From assembly GCA_963822445.1 (NCBI GenBank), contig CAWGHO010000002.1, positions 1,536,001 through 1,600,000 on the forward strand: a stretch of DNA of 64,000 bases. Direction: 5' to 3'. This DNA comes from an uncultured Acidobacteriota bacterium. GTDB taxonomy: Bacteria > Acidobacteriota > Thermoanaerobaculia > Gp7-AA8. The notes beneath the pieces are model-generated. The model was not told the DNA's origin. It was given only the letters and a program-made list of their open reading frames with translations, and did no database searches. The position numbers and the translations under genes are program-made. This document shows, one piece after another, positions 27,851-38,364 of this stretch (positions within the stretch are counted from its first letter, which is position 1; every line of letters starts with the position of its first letter).

Positions 27851-27976
27851 GGCGGGCGATCATAGCGACGAAGGCATCAGAGATCTCTCAGACAGAAATC
27901 AGACAACCCGCAACGACTTCATCGCCGGGCGCGCCGATCATCGCTGCACAACTCAAATTTCGTCGAGGGAGCACCG

Positions 27977-29692
27977 ATGAAGCGTGCGGGAACGATCTCC
28001 ATCCTGGTGGCAATGGCTGCGCTGTCCATGAACGTGGCGGCGGCTGAAAACGAACAGGTGCGCATCGCGCTCAACGAACGGCGGATCGAGGCGGGACAGC
28101 GCACGGTCATCCTCAGCGTCTACGCCACGCAGGAAGGCGGAGAGCCGGTTGCGACCGAGACGCGCTCGATGAACGTCGGCACGCAAGGGTTCACGGCTTC
28201 CCTCGGCAAGCTGTCGCCGGCCGCGCCCGCCGGTCAAATGCGATGGGTCGCCGTGCGCGTCCCGCCCGGCACTGAGAGCCGGCGCGTTCCCCTGGCCTCG
28301 ACGGGTGATGTGACTGTCAACGTCGTCCCGGCGGCCGCGATCCAGGCGCCGGGCATCATCGAGTCGACGGTGCTGGGATTCCGATTCCCGGACGGGACGG
28401 TGCAGACATCCGCGGCCACGGTCAGCGGTGGAGTGCCGAGCGTGAACGGGATCGGCGGCGCGGTGACGATCACCGGCGGAGGAAGCGCATCGGTGCAGAC
28501 GGCCGGCAGCACGATCACCGTCTCCAGTCCCGCCTTCGGAGCTCCGGTCTCGGTCGGATCGGCGAACGCCGCCGGCGCCGCGAGCACGATGGCCCGCTCC
28601 GATCATGTTCACGCGCATGGCGATCAGGCGGGCGGCACTCTTCACGCTGCCGCAACGGTCGGAACGGCCGGCTTCCTGTCCGCGACCGACAAACAGAAGA
28701 TCGACGGCGCCGTCGTCTACACGCGCACGATCATCGTCAGTCCCGTGCCCGGCAATTCCGTGGCGAGCGGCACGGCGCTGGTCAACGCTTTGAGCGGCAT
28801 CTCAGGAAACAGCGCGACCGATCCGTATCTCCTGAAGATCGAGCCCGGCATCTACGACATCGGCGCGACCGCGCTCACGATGAAGACGTTCGTGGACGTC
28901 GAGGGCTCGGGCGAGAACGCGACCTTCATCGTGGCCTCTCGCGGCGGGGCATCGCTGGCCAACACCGCGGCGGCCGTCGTCTCCGCCGCGAGCTCCGAGT
29001 TGCGGTCGCTGACGATCACGAACACCGCCCCGGGCTCGACCGTCGGCATCGGATACTTTGGCAACACTGCCTCTCGCCTCCGTCAGGTCACGATCAGCTC
29101 TACCGGCGGCTCGACCTCATCCGTCGGGATCTTTGCCACGGCCGGCGCTTCGTTGACGATCTCGGATGCCACCGTCACGGCCACGTCGACAGGCTCGACC
29201 TCTGGATCGAACGGGATCCAACTCTCCAGCACGGCGAAGGTTTGGGTTCTGAAGAGTGCGATCACCGCCAAAGGCACGGCGGGCACCGGGACGAACACGG
29301 GAGTGGCGCTGGGCAACGCCTCGGCCGCCGTGACGATCGACAGCTCGACGATTCTTGCGACCGGCACCGCCGGTCAGAACAACGGCGTGTCCACCGCACC
29401 GGGCAACGCGACGATCCTGAATTCGACCGTGCAGGTCGAGACCGCCGGCGCGCGGATCGCCGTCTCCACCAGCAACAGCAGCAGTTCCACGATCAACGTG
29501 TTTCACTCCCGGCTCCTGGCTGGCGGCGGAGGCAGCAGCTCGCAGCTATCCGCGACTAAGGGAACCGGCTCGAATTTGCACGTGGCGGCGTCGCAGGTGG
29601 ACAGCTCGTCGACGGGCACCCCGAAGTGCGTACACGTCTACGACGCCGACATGGACGATCTGAACAACGTCTGCCCCACGCCGGTCTTGTAA
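27977..29692 (+). CDS. Secreted Ser/Thr/Gly-rich protein with tail-fibre-like motifs and a probable beta-helix
   Basis: Signal peptide, GGAG RBS; GFRFPDGTVQTSA, SVNG.GGAVTI, ARSDHVH, GFLSATDK.KIDG; I.PG.Y..VD.EGSG...T pectin-lyase-like start. Confidence 0.7.
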   Translation: MKRAGTISILVAMAALSMNVAAAENEQVRIALNERRIEAGQRTVILSVYATQEGGEPVATETRSMNVGTQGFTASLGKLSPAAPAGQMRWVAVRVPPGTESRRVPLASTGDVTVNVVPAAAIQAPGIIESTVLGFRFPDGTVQTSAATVSGGVPSVNGIGGAVTITGGGSASVQTAGSTITVSSPAFGAPVSVGSANAAGAASTMARSDHVHAHGDQAGGTLHAAATVGTAGFLSATDKQKIDGAVVYTRTIIVSPVPGNSVASGTALVNALSGISGNSATDPYLLKIEPGIYDIGATALTMKTFVDVEGSGENATFIVASRGGASLANTAAAVVSAASSELRSLTITNTAPGSTVGIGYFGNTASRLRQVTISSTGGSTSSVGIFATAGASLTISDATVTATSTGSTSGSNGIQLSSTAKVWVLKSAITAKGTAGTGTNTGVALGNASAAVTIDSSTILATGTAGQNNGVSTAPGNATILNSTVQVETAGARIAVSTSNSSSSTINVFHSRLLAGGGGSSSQLSATKGTGSNLHVAASQVDSSSTGTPKCVHVYDADMDDLNNVCPTPVL

Positions 29693-29697
29693 GTCCG

Positions 29698-31362
29698 CTA
29701 CTGCACGGCGAAGAGCGGCGTGTCTCCGCCGAGCTCCGGAAAGACGTGGGACTCGCGAGCGACGAAGGTGAGGCCGGATCCGGCGACGAGATCGCGGACG
29801 GTACGCGACGCCAGCGCTTCGCGCGGCCGGGCGATCGATGCGAGCGTGAAGGCGATCTCCACCGCCGTGCCGGTGGGATCGCCGTGCGCGATCCGGCACT
29901 CGCCGGTGTGAATGCCGAAGCGCAGCGCGACGCCGCGGTGATTCGCGAAGTCGCGTACTTCTCTCGCGCACCGGATTGCACGCGCCGGTCCGTCGAACGC
30001 CGCCATGAGCGTTCCATCGCGCGTCCGCTCGAACCTTTTGCCGCGGTACATCTCGATCTGATGGAGAGCCTGCTGCCGGTGCTCGCCGAAGGAGGCCCGG
30101 TTGCCGGCCTCGGGACCGCTGGCGATGCACAGCACGGTCGCGAGCACGCCGTCCGATCCTTCATGGACATGGCTCCCGGTCAGAAACTCCTCGATGGGAT
30201 CGAGAATCGCGTCCTGATCGCCGACGAAGGGAAGATGGTCCACGCCGGGCAGCTCGACGAACTTCGCTCCCGGAATCTTCGAGGCGACGTACCGCCCCTC
30301 TTCCACTTTCAGGCAAAGGTCTCCCGTCCGATGGATGACCAGGGTCGGCACGCGAATGGTCGGCAGCACCGGCCGGATATCGATCTCCGAGTTCATGCGC
30401 GTCAGGGCGTCGGCCGCGCCGGGACTGGCGCCCATGCGCAGATACTTCGCCCACCAGTCGCGAAACTCGGGATCGTGGGCTCGGCTCGGTGCGCGCTCGG
30501 CGATCCCGACCGGATTTCCCCACTCTTCGCGAATCGAGCGCAGAAAGACTTCCCGGGCCTCGACGGTCGGAGCCCAGGGGTAGTCGACGTCGCGGATCCG
30601 TCTCGCGTACGTGCCGATCATCACCAGCGCCGCGGTCTTGTCGGGATAGGTCGCCGCGTAGAGGCTGCACATCGGACCGCCTTCCGACACTCCGCAGAGC
30701 GCGGCGCGTTTCGAACCGACGGCGTCGAGCACGGCCCGAACGTCGTCCATCCGCTGTTCGAGCGTCGGAAGATCGCCCACCCGGTCGGACAAACCCGTGC
30801 CTCGCTTGTCGAAGACGATCAGTCTCGAGAACGACGACAGACGCCGCAGAAATCGTGCGAAGGAGGGCTCGGACCAGAAGTAGTCGAGATGGGACACCCA
30901 TCCCATGACGAACACGAGATCGAGCGGTCCGTCGCCGAGGACCTGGTAGGCGATGTTCACGTCCCGGCTTCGCGCGTAATGGACCTTGGGAGGCACGAAC
31001 GAGTCGATCGGTCGCGGTTGCGCCTCGGCCGTTGGCGAATGAACCTCGACGACTGCATTCAAGCGATACCCGCGCCGCGGAACGGTCTCGATGTAGGACT
31101 CGCCTCCCGCTTTCAGGCCGAGAGTCCGGCGCAGGAGAGAGATGTTCTGAGCGAGGCTGTTTTCCTCGACGGCGACCTGCGGCCAGACGCGCGCCAGCAG
31201 CTCGTCTTTGGCGACGACATGCCCACTCTTTTCGGCGAGGACGAGGAGCGTTTCGAAAGCCTTGGGCGTCAGCGCAACCGGCGCGGCGTCCCTGTACAGC
31301 ACGCCGACAGCGGCGTCGATGCAGAAGGTATCGAAGCGATACTCCTGTTTTTGGCGCTGCAT
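29698..31362 (-). CDS. OmpR-type winged-helix / alpha-beta hydrolase / degenerate class III cyclase fusion regulator
   Basis: LTPKAFETL..L...G.VV.KDELL..VW, IETVPRRGYR; FDKRGTGLSDR, GVSEGG nucleophile elbow, G.DH; G+HTGEC cyclase-like tail; TACAAT 8 nt before ATG. Confidence 0.88.
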   Translation of the reverse strand: MQRQKQEYRFDTFCIDAAVGVLYRDAAPVALTPKAFETLLVLAEKSGHVVAKDELLARVWPQVAVEENSLAQNISLLRRTLGLKAGGESYIETVPRRGYRLNAVVEVHSPTAEAQPRPIDSFVPPKVHYARSRDVNIAYQVLGDGPLDLVFVMGWVSHLDYFWSEPSFARFLRRLSSFSRLIVFDKRGTGLSDRVGDLPTLEQRMDDVRAVLDAVGSKRAALCGVSEGGPMCSLYAATYPDKTAALVMIGTYARRIRDVDYPWAPTVEAREVFLRSIREEWGNPVGIAERAPSRAHDPEFRDWWAKYLRMGASPGAADALTRMNSEIDIRPVLPTIRVPTLVIHRTGDLCLKVEEGRYVASKIPGAKFVELPGVDHLPFVGDQDAILDPIEEFLTGSHVHEGSDGVLATVLCIASGPEAGNRASFGEHRQQALHQIEMYRGKRFERTRDGTLMAAFDGPARAIRCAREVRDFANHRGVALRFGIHTGECRIAHGDPTGTAVEIAFTLASIARPREALASRTVRDLVAGSGLTFVARESHVFPELGGDTPLFAVQ

Positions 31363-31417
31363 CGCACGCGATTGTATTCCGGGTCCGCGCACGGTCTTTG
31401 CGTCGATCGTCGAGTCG

Positions 31418-33031
31418 ATGCCCACCTGTCGCAGAAGTGCGTTGCTCCTCGCAATCCTCGCGATTACCGCGGTCGGAGTCGCCCAGACACCGACCTTATC
31501 CGAGACGTATGAGGTCGTCGTTCACAACCTGGACGTGTTCGTGACGGACGCGAAGGGAAACGCGGTCACCGGGTTGTCCAGGGACGACTTCGAGATCCTC
31601 GTCGACAAGAAGCGGCAGGAGATCACGCACTTTGCGGCGTATCGGGCGGACCGCGCATCGACGGCGCCCGACGAAGCACCAAGGAAGGACGTGCCCGGCA
31701 CGACCGAACCGCCGCGAACGATCGTTTTCTTCATCGACGAGGTGGGTCTCCACCCGACGACGCGCGAGAAGTTCCAGGAACAGGTCGAAACCCTCGCGAA
31801 GCAGATTCTGCGACCGAACGATCAGGCGATGATCGTGACCGCGGCGGCGAAGAACAAGATCGCACTGCCGTTGACCTCTGATCATCAGGCTACGCTCGCG
31901 GAGATCCGGAAGGTGCTGGCCGCGCAGCCGCAGATGAATCGGGTGGTGCAGCGCGAGCGGCTGGCGTTGCAGCGCGATCTCGACCGCGCGACGACGCCCG
32001 AGGAGGTCGAGTTCGCGTACTTCATCTACGCGGCCGCCGTGAGCGCGAGGGTGAAGCAACGGCTGGCCGTCCTTCATTCGGTGGTCGCTGGTCTCGCCGG
32101 CATCGAGGGGCGGAAGGCCGTCGTGCTGGTCACGGAGTCTTTGAGTGCCGAACCGGATGCCGACAGGGCACCCACGCCGACTTCCAGCAGCCGCCGGCAA
32201 AGCATTGATCTTCGCCCGTTCATTCGCGAGGTCGCCCAGGCAGCCGCCTCCGCCAACGTAACCATTTACGCGCTGCATCCCGAGTACGGCCTCGGGTCCT
32301 CGACTTCCGGATCGGTCGAGAACCGGTCGGGAAAGACACTCGGGGTCGATCGCGATTACATGCAGCGCAGCATCACCAATACGCAGGTGAGCCTGCAGAT
32401 TTTGAGTGAGATGACCGGCGGCACCTGGCATCGCGGCGAGGGAGGGCTGAGCACGGGCTTTCGCCAGCTCACCGACGACCTCGTGTCGTACTACTCCCTC
32501 GGTTACCGGCAGCGTTCCGGCGCGCCGGACAAGCCGCAAAGCTTGCGCGTTCGCATCAAGGGGCGGCCCGACCTCACGGTCCGCTCGCGCGGTGAAGTGG
32601 TGCGGAAATCACCGATCCGCCAGATGAACGATCTGGTCATGGCGGGATTTCTGACGCCCGCGCCGAATGACCTCGAGATCGCGATGATCGTCGGAACGCC
32701 GGTTCAGGACGCGAAGAAAGCGTGGGCAGTTCCGGTCGATGTCCGGATCCCGCTGGAGAAGCTCACGTTTCTTCGCCAGGGCGATCGCTACGTGGCCAGA
32801 TTCAGCGTCCATTTCTCCGCGATGGGCGAGCTCACCGAGTTCGTGAGCGGCGAACCGCGCGAGTTGTCGCTCGAGTTGACGCCCGCCGAATACGCGGAGA
32901 TCGCAGGGAAGCAGTATGGCCACAACACCGACCTCCGGATCGCCGCCGGAACGCTGCACATCGCTGTCGGCGTTCGCGACATTCTCGGAGGAACGACGGG
33001 GGTCGTGACCGAGACCATCGATCTGGAGTAG
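31418..33031 (+). CDS. Acidobacterial VWFA-related secreted protein (second paralog)
   Basis: Signal peptide; V.VTD.KGN.V.GL..DDF, GRKAVVLVTE, LSE.TGG, YYSLGY. Confidence 0.82.
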   Translation: MPTCRRSALLLAILAITAVGVAQTPTLSETYEVVVHNLDVFVTDAKGNAVTGLSRDDFEILVDKKRQEITHFAAYRADRASTAPDEAPRKDVPGTTEPPRTIVFFIDEVGLHPTTREKFQEQVETLAKQILRPNDQAMIVTAAAKNKIALPLTSDHQATLAEIRKVLAAQPQMNRVVQRERLALQRDLDRATTPEEVEFAYFIYAAAVSARVKQRLAVLHSVVAGLAGIEGRKAVVLVTESLSAEPDADRAPTPTSSSRRQSIDLRPFIREVAQAAASANVTIYALHPEYGLGSSTSGSVENRSGKTLGVDRDYMQRSITNTQVSLQILSEMTGGTWHRGEGGLSTGFRQLTDDLVSYYSLGYRQRSGAPDKPQSLRVRIKGRPDLTVRSRGEVVRKSPIRQMNDLVMAGFLTPAPNDLEIAMIVGTPVQDAKKAWAVPVDVRIPLEKLTFLRQGDRYVARFSVHFSAMGELTEFVSGEPRELSLELTPAEYAEIAGKQYGHNTDLRIAAGTLHIAVGVRDILGGTTGVVTETIDLE

Positions 33032-33032
33032 C

Positions 33033-34874
33033 TCACGGCTTCTTCGCGACGCGGCTTCCGTCCTTCGACGGGCCGTACGGGCTGACGTAGATGGCGCGCT
33101 CGACGACCGGCGCATTCTTGTCGTCGCCGGGCTCGCGCACCGCGGGCAGGATCAGCCGGGTAATGAGATCGGTCGACACGGCGGTCATTCCTTTGCGGCT
33201 GAAGAAGTTTCCGGCGAAGGTCGCGATGACGAGGTCGAGCTCGGGGATGACGGTCGCGATCTGCCCTCCCGCGCCGCGCGCGGAGTAGGTGCGGACCATT
33301 CGGTCCTTGTATGGGTAATCTTCGACCCACCACTGATAGCCGTAATGGATGTTGCGCAGGTTGTAGAGCGGTGAGACGGCGCGCGCCGCGAACTGTTCGC
33401 CGACGATCCGGCGGCCCTGCCATGTGCCGCCGTCGAGCATCACCTGGCCGAACTTGATGAAGTCGCGCAGGATCAGATTCGTGCTGCCGCCGCCGTACGG
33501 ATTTCCCGCGGGATCGAGGCCCCACTCGTAGCGGCGGATCTTCATCGGCTCGCCGACCAGGCGATCGAAGAGCGAGATCGGGTCTTCCTTTGCGGCGCGG
33601 CCGGCCATGCCGAGGGCCAGGTTGGGGATGGCGCTGCAGTAGACGGAGTTCTCGCCCGGCGGTGTGGCCAGCGGAACCTTCATCGTGAAGCGGTAGAAGT
33701 CAGGCTCCGCGGTCTGGTCCCACATCCCGTCTTCGTTGCCCGGCGCCTGTTCGTTCGTGTCGTCGCAGAAGTAACCGGCCGACATCGTCAGCAGGTCCTC
33801 GAGCGTCATCGCCCGTTTCTGCGGTTCGATGTCGGGTGGAAACTCGCCGGCGTTCATCACCTGATAGACGGGGCTGGAGAGCTTCAGCGGAACGCCGGCG
33901 TGCATGGCCGCGCCGACGACGAGCGCGGTCAGGCTCTTCGACGCGGAACGGGTGGTGTGGAGGCTGTCGCGATGTTCGTCGTGAAAGTACTCCTCCAGGA
34001 CCAGCTTGCCGTGCCGCGCGATGACGAGGCCGTGGAACTGCGCCGCGTCCGTCGAGTCCATCGGCATGTCGAGAAGGCCCTGGACGAGCTTCTCCATCGC
34101 CGGGCGATCGATGTTCTCCGCATCGACCGTGCTCACCGGCCAGCCGTCGTCGCGCGCGAGCGGCGGGCGGTATGTGTAGCGGCCCGGTTGTTTGCCGCGG
34201 GGATAGAACGCGCTGTCGTCGGTGTCGCGAACGAAGTCGTAGCTGCCGCCGCGCGAGGGAAAGCCGAGGGTGATTCCGCCGGCGTCGGGGTCGTAGGTGC
34301 CGGTTGCGACTTCCAGCGGTTCGCCGCGCCGTTTGCCCATCAGCTTCACCGCGTTGCCGTCGCGCGTGAGCCGCTCCACGCCGTACTGCGTGCCGATGTC
34401 GCGCTCGGGATTGCGCAGGACGGCGCGCAACGAGCCATCCGCTTGCGGTTGAAGGAGCAGATAGAGGGTGAAGGTGTCCTCCTGCGGATCGACGGTGCCG
34501 CTCCATCGATTCGAATCGTCCGCTTTGAGCACGACCGGCGAAGCGCTGACCGGCGTCGTTCTCTCGATGCCATTCACGCGCGTTCCCATCCGCAGCCAAT
34601 GGCCGCGGATCGTTTCCTTGCCGGCGAGCTTTCCGCGGAACGTCCCGTTGCCCGGCAGCGTGAACGTGAGCTGGCCGTTCGCGAGTGCGACCGGCAGGAC
34701 GCGACCGGCGAAGTCGGCGGTCCATGTGTCGCCGCTGCGCTGCAGCACGAGCGTGCCGCGCGCGTCGGGACCGAATCGCTTCTTCGCTTTCCAGAGTCCG
34801 GAGAGGTCGTTCGCGGAGATGCTGGTGGCGAAGACGGCGAGCAGAACGAGTGCGGACAGACGGACGGATCTCAT
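33033..34874 (-). CDS. Secreted serine hydrolase, beta-lactamase class C / AmpC-like
   Basis: Signal peptide; SASK (SxxK), LLTMSAG, PGE..VY, YGYQWW, ARGAGGQ. Confidence 0.88.
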   Translation of the reverse strand: MRSVRLSALVLLAVFATSISANDLSGLWKAKKRFGPDARGTLVLQRSGDTWTADFAGRVLPVALANGQLTFTLPGNGTFRGKLAGKETIRGHWLRMGTRVNGIERTTPVSASPVVLKADDSNRWSGTVDPQEDTFTLYLLLQPQADGSLRAVLRNPERDIGTQYGVERLTRDGNAVKLMGKRRGEPLEVATGTYDPDAGGITLGFPSRGGSYDFVRDTDDSAFYPRGKQPGRYTYRPPLARDDGWPVSTVDAENIDRPAMEKLVQGLLDMPMDSTDAAQFHGLVIARHGKLVLEEYFHDEHRDSLHTTRSASKSLTALVVGAAMHAGVPLKLSSPVYQVMNAGEFPPDIEPQKRAMTLEDLLTMSAGYFCDDTNEQAPGNEDGMWDQTAEPDFYRFTMKVPLATPPGENSVYCSAIPNLALGMAGRAAKEDPISLFDRLVGEPMKIRRYEWGLDPAGNPYGGGSTNLILRDFIKFGQVMLDGGTWQGRRIVGEQFAARAVSPLYNLRNIHYGYQWWVEDYPYKDRMVRTYSARGAGGQIATVIPELDLVIATFAGNFFSRKGMTAVSTDLITRLILPAVREPGDDKNAPVVERAIYVSPYGPSKDGSRVAKKP

Positions 34875-34924
34875 CGCTGTGGTGATAGACGACAGGAAGG
34901 GCTTTGACGTTAGATCATGCATCG

Positions 34925-35947
34925 ATGAAGAAACTGCTGATCGCGGTGGTGGCAATCGCGCTGGTCGTCTGGGTGATCTCCTGGTTCCGCGTCCCCGGCG
35001 TCGTGGCCACGTCGGCAGCCAGGCCGTGGCCGGGAGGGATGGGAACGCTCGACTCCCTCGCCGCGCGGTCGCAGCAGCAGAAAGCGAACGAAGCGTCCGT
35101 GAAGCTGACCGCGCTCGCCAGAGCCTTGCCGAAGAACGAAGCGGCCGACGAGTTCGTGGCGCGCGAGATCGCGCGGGGCGAGCTCACGATCGGCGCGCCG
35201 CCGGCGCTTCCCGACGTCGCCGCGATTCGTGAGCTCCTGCTGCGCGAGGCCGTGGTCTGGCAGAGCGTCGAGGGGATCGGCGGGGATGACGATACGCAGT
35301 CGCGGCGCACGCTGCAGATGACGATGGCCAGAATGCTCGTCGCGAGCGCGCTGGCGAAAGCGCGCGCAAACGATCCCGCGGCGTGGGACGACCTGCACGC
35401 CGTCTGGAAGCTCGCGCGCTCACTGGAAGGGCATCACCAGATGATGTTGCAGACCGCGGCGCTGTCGATGGCCCGGATGGTCAACGCCGTCGCCTGGAAG
35501 ATGCCGCTGCCCGCGCCGGCGTGGCTCGGCGAATTGCAGGAACGCGACAGCGTGCGGCCGCTTCTCGAAGCGTTTCAGCACCAGACCGCGTCGTACATGC
35601 AGAGTGGCGTGGAGCTCTTTCCAACGAAGTCGCTCGCCAACTCCGTCGAGCACGATCGCCTGATCGCCGAAGAGGTGTTCAACACAACACGCTGCGATGT
35701 GAACGTACGCATGAACAAGCTCGGGACCGACCTGGCCACGGTCTGGCGCCGCGCGTTCCGCTATCGCGCCGAGCGCGAGGCGACGGCGAACGCGTTACGG
35801 GTGCGCGAGGGAAAGCCGATCGAGACCACTTCGCGATGCAGCGACGGCGCGTGGGCGTTCGACGGGACGACGTTGCGCTTCAGCCGGGAGATCCCCACCG
35901 CCGCCCCGGACCGGCCCATGCCCCTGGTCCTGCGAATCGCGCCGTAG
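34925..35947 (+). CDS. Hypothetical exported or membrane-anchored protein
   Basis: [22 protein letters not shown]-terminal anchor; 340-aa ORF. Confidence 0.65.
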   Translation: MKKLLIAVVAIALVVWVISWFRVPGVVATSAARPWPGGMGTLDSLAARSQQQKANEASVKLTALARALPKNEAADEFVAREIARGELTIGAPPALPDVAAIRELLLREAVVWQSVEGIGGDDDTQSRRTLQMTMARMLVASALAKARANDPAAWDDLHAVWKLARSLEGHHQMMLQTAALSMARMVNAVAWKMPLPAPAWLGELQERDSVRPLLEAFQHQTASYMQSGVELFPTKSLANSVEHDRLIAEEVFNTTRCDVNVRMNKLGTDLATVWRRAFRYRAEREATANALRVREGKPIETTSRCSDGAWAFDGTTLRFSREIPTAAPDRPMPLVLRIAP

Positions 35948-35992
35948 GGAAGCAATTTTCGGTTTGCATTCCGTAGTTATTTGCTTCTACGA

Positions 35993-37552
35993 ATGCGATC
36001 CCCGGTCCCGGCAATCGTCTGTTTTCTCGTGAGCTCCGCGGTGCTCGCGCAGCCCATCGAGCCGCATTACGGCGAGTCGAACGGCGGATTTCCCAGCTGG
36101 CAGGAGCGCGCGGTCGCCCAGCTCACGAATCGCGCGCGGGTCGCGCCGGCGACGGAGCTGGCGGCATGTCCTGCAGGCCGCTGCCTCGAGGCGGCCTGTT
36201 ACTCGCCCAGAGCGCCGCTGGTGTGGCACTACGACCTCAATCGGGCCGCGCGATTTCATTCGCTGTCGATGGGGATGTTCCCGTTCTTCGCCCACAACAC
36301 GCCGTGCACGTTGTTCAGCGACCTCGACGACCGGTTCCCCGGAACCTCCAATGGATCGTTCGCCTCATCGTGCAGCAGCAGCGGATCGACGTCCGCCGGC
36401 TCGCGAGTGAACCTGTTCGGCGCGGCGTACGGCGGCGAAAACGTCGCCGCCGGCCAGGACACGCCCCACTCGGTGTTCTATGCCTGGCTGTACGAAAGCA
36501 CGAACACCAGCGCCTGCGGCTTCACCCTTCAGAACGGGCACCGCTACAACATCCTCACGAACAACGGTCCGGCACTCGGCGTCGGCTACGCGGCGGTCGG
36601 TGGCTCGCCGTGGGGAACGTACTGGACGCAGGACTTCGGCGGCTCCGGATCGATTCCGAAGATCCCCTCCGGATCGCACTGGACGGCGGGGGAGAACCTT
36701 CGCGACCCGAGTCCGGGCGACAACAGCGTCGAATTCTGGGCGAACTGGTACGACCTCGCCGGCGGTGCGCCGGCGACCGCGACGGTCGTTCTCGACAATG
36801 CTCCGATCGCGATGACGCGCACTCGCGGGACCGCGACGAACGGCGCGTTCACCGCAACGGTCAACGGCGTTTCGACGGCGTGTCACACGTATTACTTCTC
36901 GTTCGTCGACTCGTCGCTCAACACCGTCCGCTACCCGACGACCGGCGTTCTGGGCTTCGGCGGGGGCTGTCCCGATTATCAAGGTGGTGAAATCGCCCCT
37001 GCGGCGCCGACGGGTGTGACTGCAACCGCCACGGCGAGCACGCAGGTGCAGGTGACGTGGACCGCGGTCAGCGGCGCGACGTCCTACGAGATCTGGCGGC
37101 GCGCTCCGGGCGGCTCATTCGCGCTGCGCGGAACGTCGCTTACGACTTCGTACAACGACACCACTTCCGCCAATACCGCGTATCTCTATCGCGTGCGCGC
37201 CGTGAACGCAGGCGGATCGTCGGGCGACTCGGCATACGACCTCGCCACGACGGTGATGTTCACCGACGACCCGCTCGTCGCAGGCGTGCTCGTGAAAGCG
37301 ATCCATCTCAGCGAATTGCGAACCGCCGTCACTGCTGTTCGAGCCCAGGCAAACCTGAGCGCGGCCACCTACACCGACGTCGTGGCAACCGGCGTGACAG
37401 TGAAGGCGATTCACATCACCGAGCTCCGCACCTACCTCGACCAGGCCATGACCGCCCTCGGCCTCACGACCGGAGGATGGACGGACGCGAGTCTCACCGG
37501 GGTCGTGTTCAAGACGACGCACGTGCAGCAGATCCGGAATCGTGTGAAGTAA
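35993..37552 (+). CDS. Secreted CAP/SCP-domain protein with FN3 domain and three C-terminal repeats
   Basis: LNRAARFHS..M..FAH, GENVAAG, GHR.NIL, YWTQDFG (CAP); APTGVTAT..W..V.GA.SY..YRVRAVN.GG.S (FN3); 3x (F/Y/W)TD...K..H...(L/I)R. Confidence 0.85.
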   Translation: MRSPVPAIVCFLVSSAVLAQPIEPHYGESNGGFPSWQERAVAQLTNRARVAPATELAACPAGRCLEAACYSPRAPLVWHYDLNRAARFHSLSMGMFPFFAHNTPCTLFSDLDDRFPGTSNGSFASSCSSSGSTSAGSRVNLFGAAYGGENVAAGQDTPHSVFYAWLYESTNTSACGFTLQNGHRYNILTNNGPALGVGYAAVGGSPWGTYWTQDFGGSGSIPKIPSGSHWTAGENLRDPSPGDNSVEFWANWYDLAGGAPATATVVLDNAPIAMTRTRGTATNGAFTATVNGVSTACHTYYFSFVDSSLNTVRYPTTGVLGFGGGCPDYQGGEIAPAAPTGVTATATASTQVQVTWTAVSGATSYEIWRRAPGGSFALRGTSLTTSYNDTTSANTAYLYRVRAVNAGGSSGDSAYDLATTVMFTDDPLVAGVLVKAIHLSELRTAVTAVRAQANLSAATYTDVVATGVTVKAIHITELRTYLDQAMTALGLTTGGWTDASLTGVVFKTTHVQQIRNRVK

Positions 37553-37583
37553 CATCGCCCTCCCGAACAAGGAGCACACGCAT

Positions 37584-38060
37584 ATGCAGCCGAAAAACAC
37601 GATCTGTCTCTGGTTCAACAAAGACGCCGAGGAGGCCGCGCGCTTCTACGCTGCCACCTTCCCGAATAGTGAAGTGACCGGCGTGCACAAGGCGCCCGCG
37701 GACTACCCCGGCGGCAAGAAGGGCGATGTGTTGACGGTGAACTTCACCGTCTTCGGCATTCCCTGTCTCGGTCTCAACGGCGGCCCGGAGTTCCCGCACA
37801 CCGAAGCTTTCTCCTTCCAGATCGCGACGGACGATCAGGAAGAGACGGATCGCTACTGGAATGCGATCGTCGGCAACGGCGGGCAGGAAAGCCAGTGCGG
37901 CTGGTGCAAGGACCGCTGGGGTCTCAACTGGCAGATCACGCCTCGCGTGCTTTCCGATGCCCTGGCGGCTGGCGGCGACGAGGCGAAGCGCGCCTTCGAA
38001 GCGATGATGCCGATGCAGAAGATCGATGTTGCCACGATCGAGGCGGCGCGGCGGGGCTGA
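37584..38060 (+). CDS. VOC family protein (3-demethylubiquinone-9 3-methyltransferase / PhnB-like)
   Basis: CLWF...AEEAA.FY, LNGGP.F...EAFSF, QCGWCKD.WG..WQI.P, M.KID; AAGGAG RBS. Confidence 0.92.
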   Translation: MQPKNTICLWFNKDAEEAARFYAATFPNSEVTGVHKAPADYPGGKKGDVLTVNFTVFGIPCLGLNGGPEFPHTEAFSFQIATDDQEETDRYWNAIVGNGGQESQCGWCKDRWGLNWQITPRVLSDALAAGGDEAKRAFEAMMPMQKIDVATIEAARRG

Positions 38061-38364
38061 CCGGAGCTCGCGCAGTTTCGTCGGCACCCAACCGTCCATC
38101 TACGGCGGCGCCGTCTTTCGTAAAGCGCATCGCAACTCCACGACGACAGTAGCTCGTCCCTGACACGGAGATGGCGCGATTCGCCTGATCGAATCGCTGC
38201 GTCGAGCCGCCCACGATGGCCGACATCCGTGGTGAAACGATTTCGCCGCTGGCGTCACTATCTCAGCGGGACCACATCCACAACAATCGAACGGTTCACG
38301 AGTCACGGCGCGGCCTCCGCTCGTTCGCTGATCGAGACCGGTGTCTCGTCCGAAGGAGTTACTC

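Noticed and set aside
27977-29692. Prophage remnant suggested by tail-fibre motifs
   Set aside because: The gene has a signal peptide and no other phage genes occur in the window
29626-31512. 628-aa plus-strand ORF
   Set aside because: Antisense shadow of the wHTH-hydrolase gene
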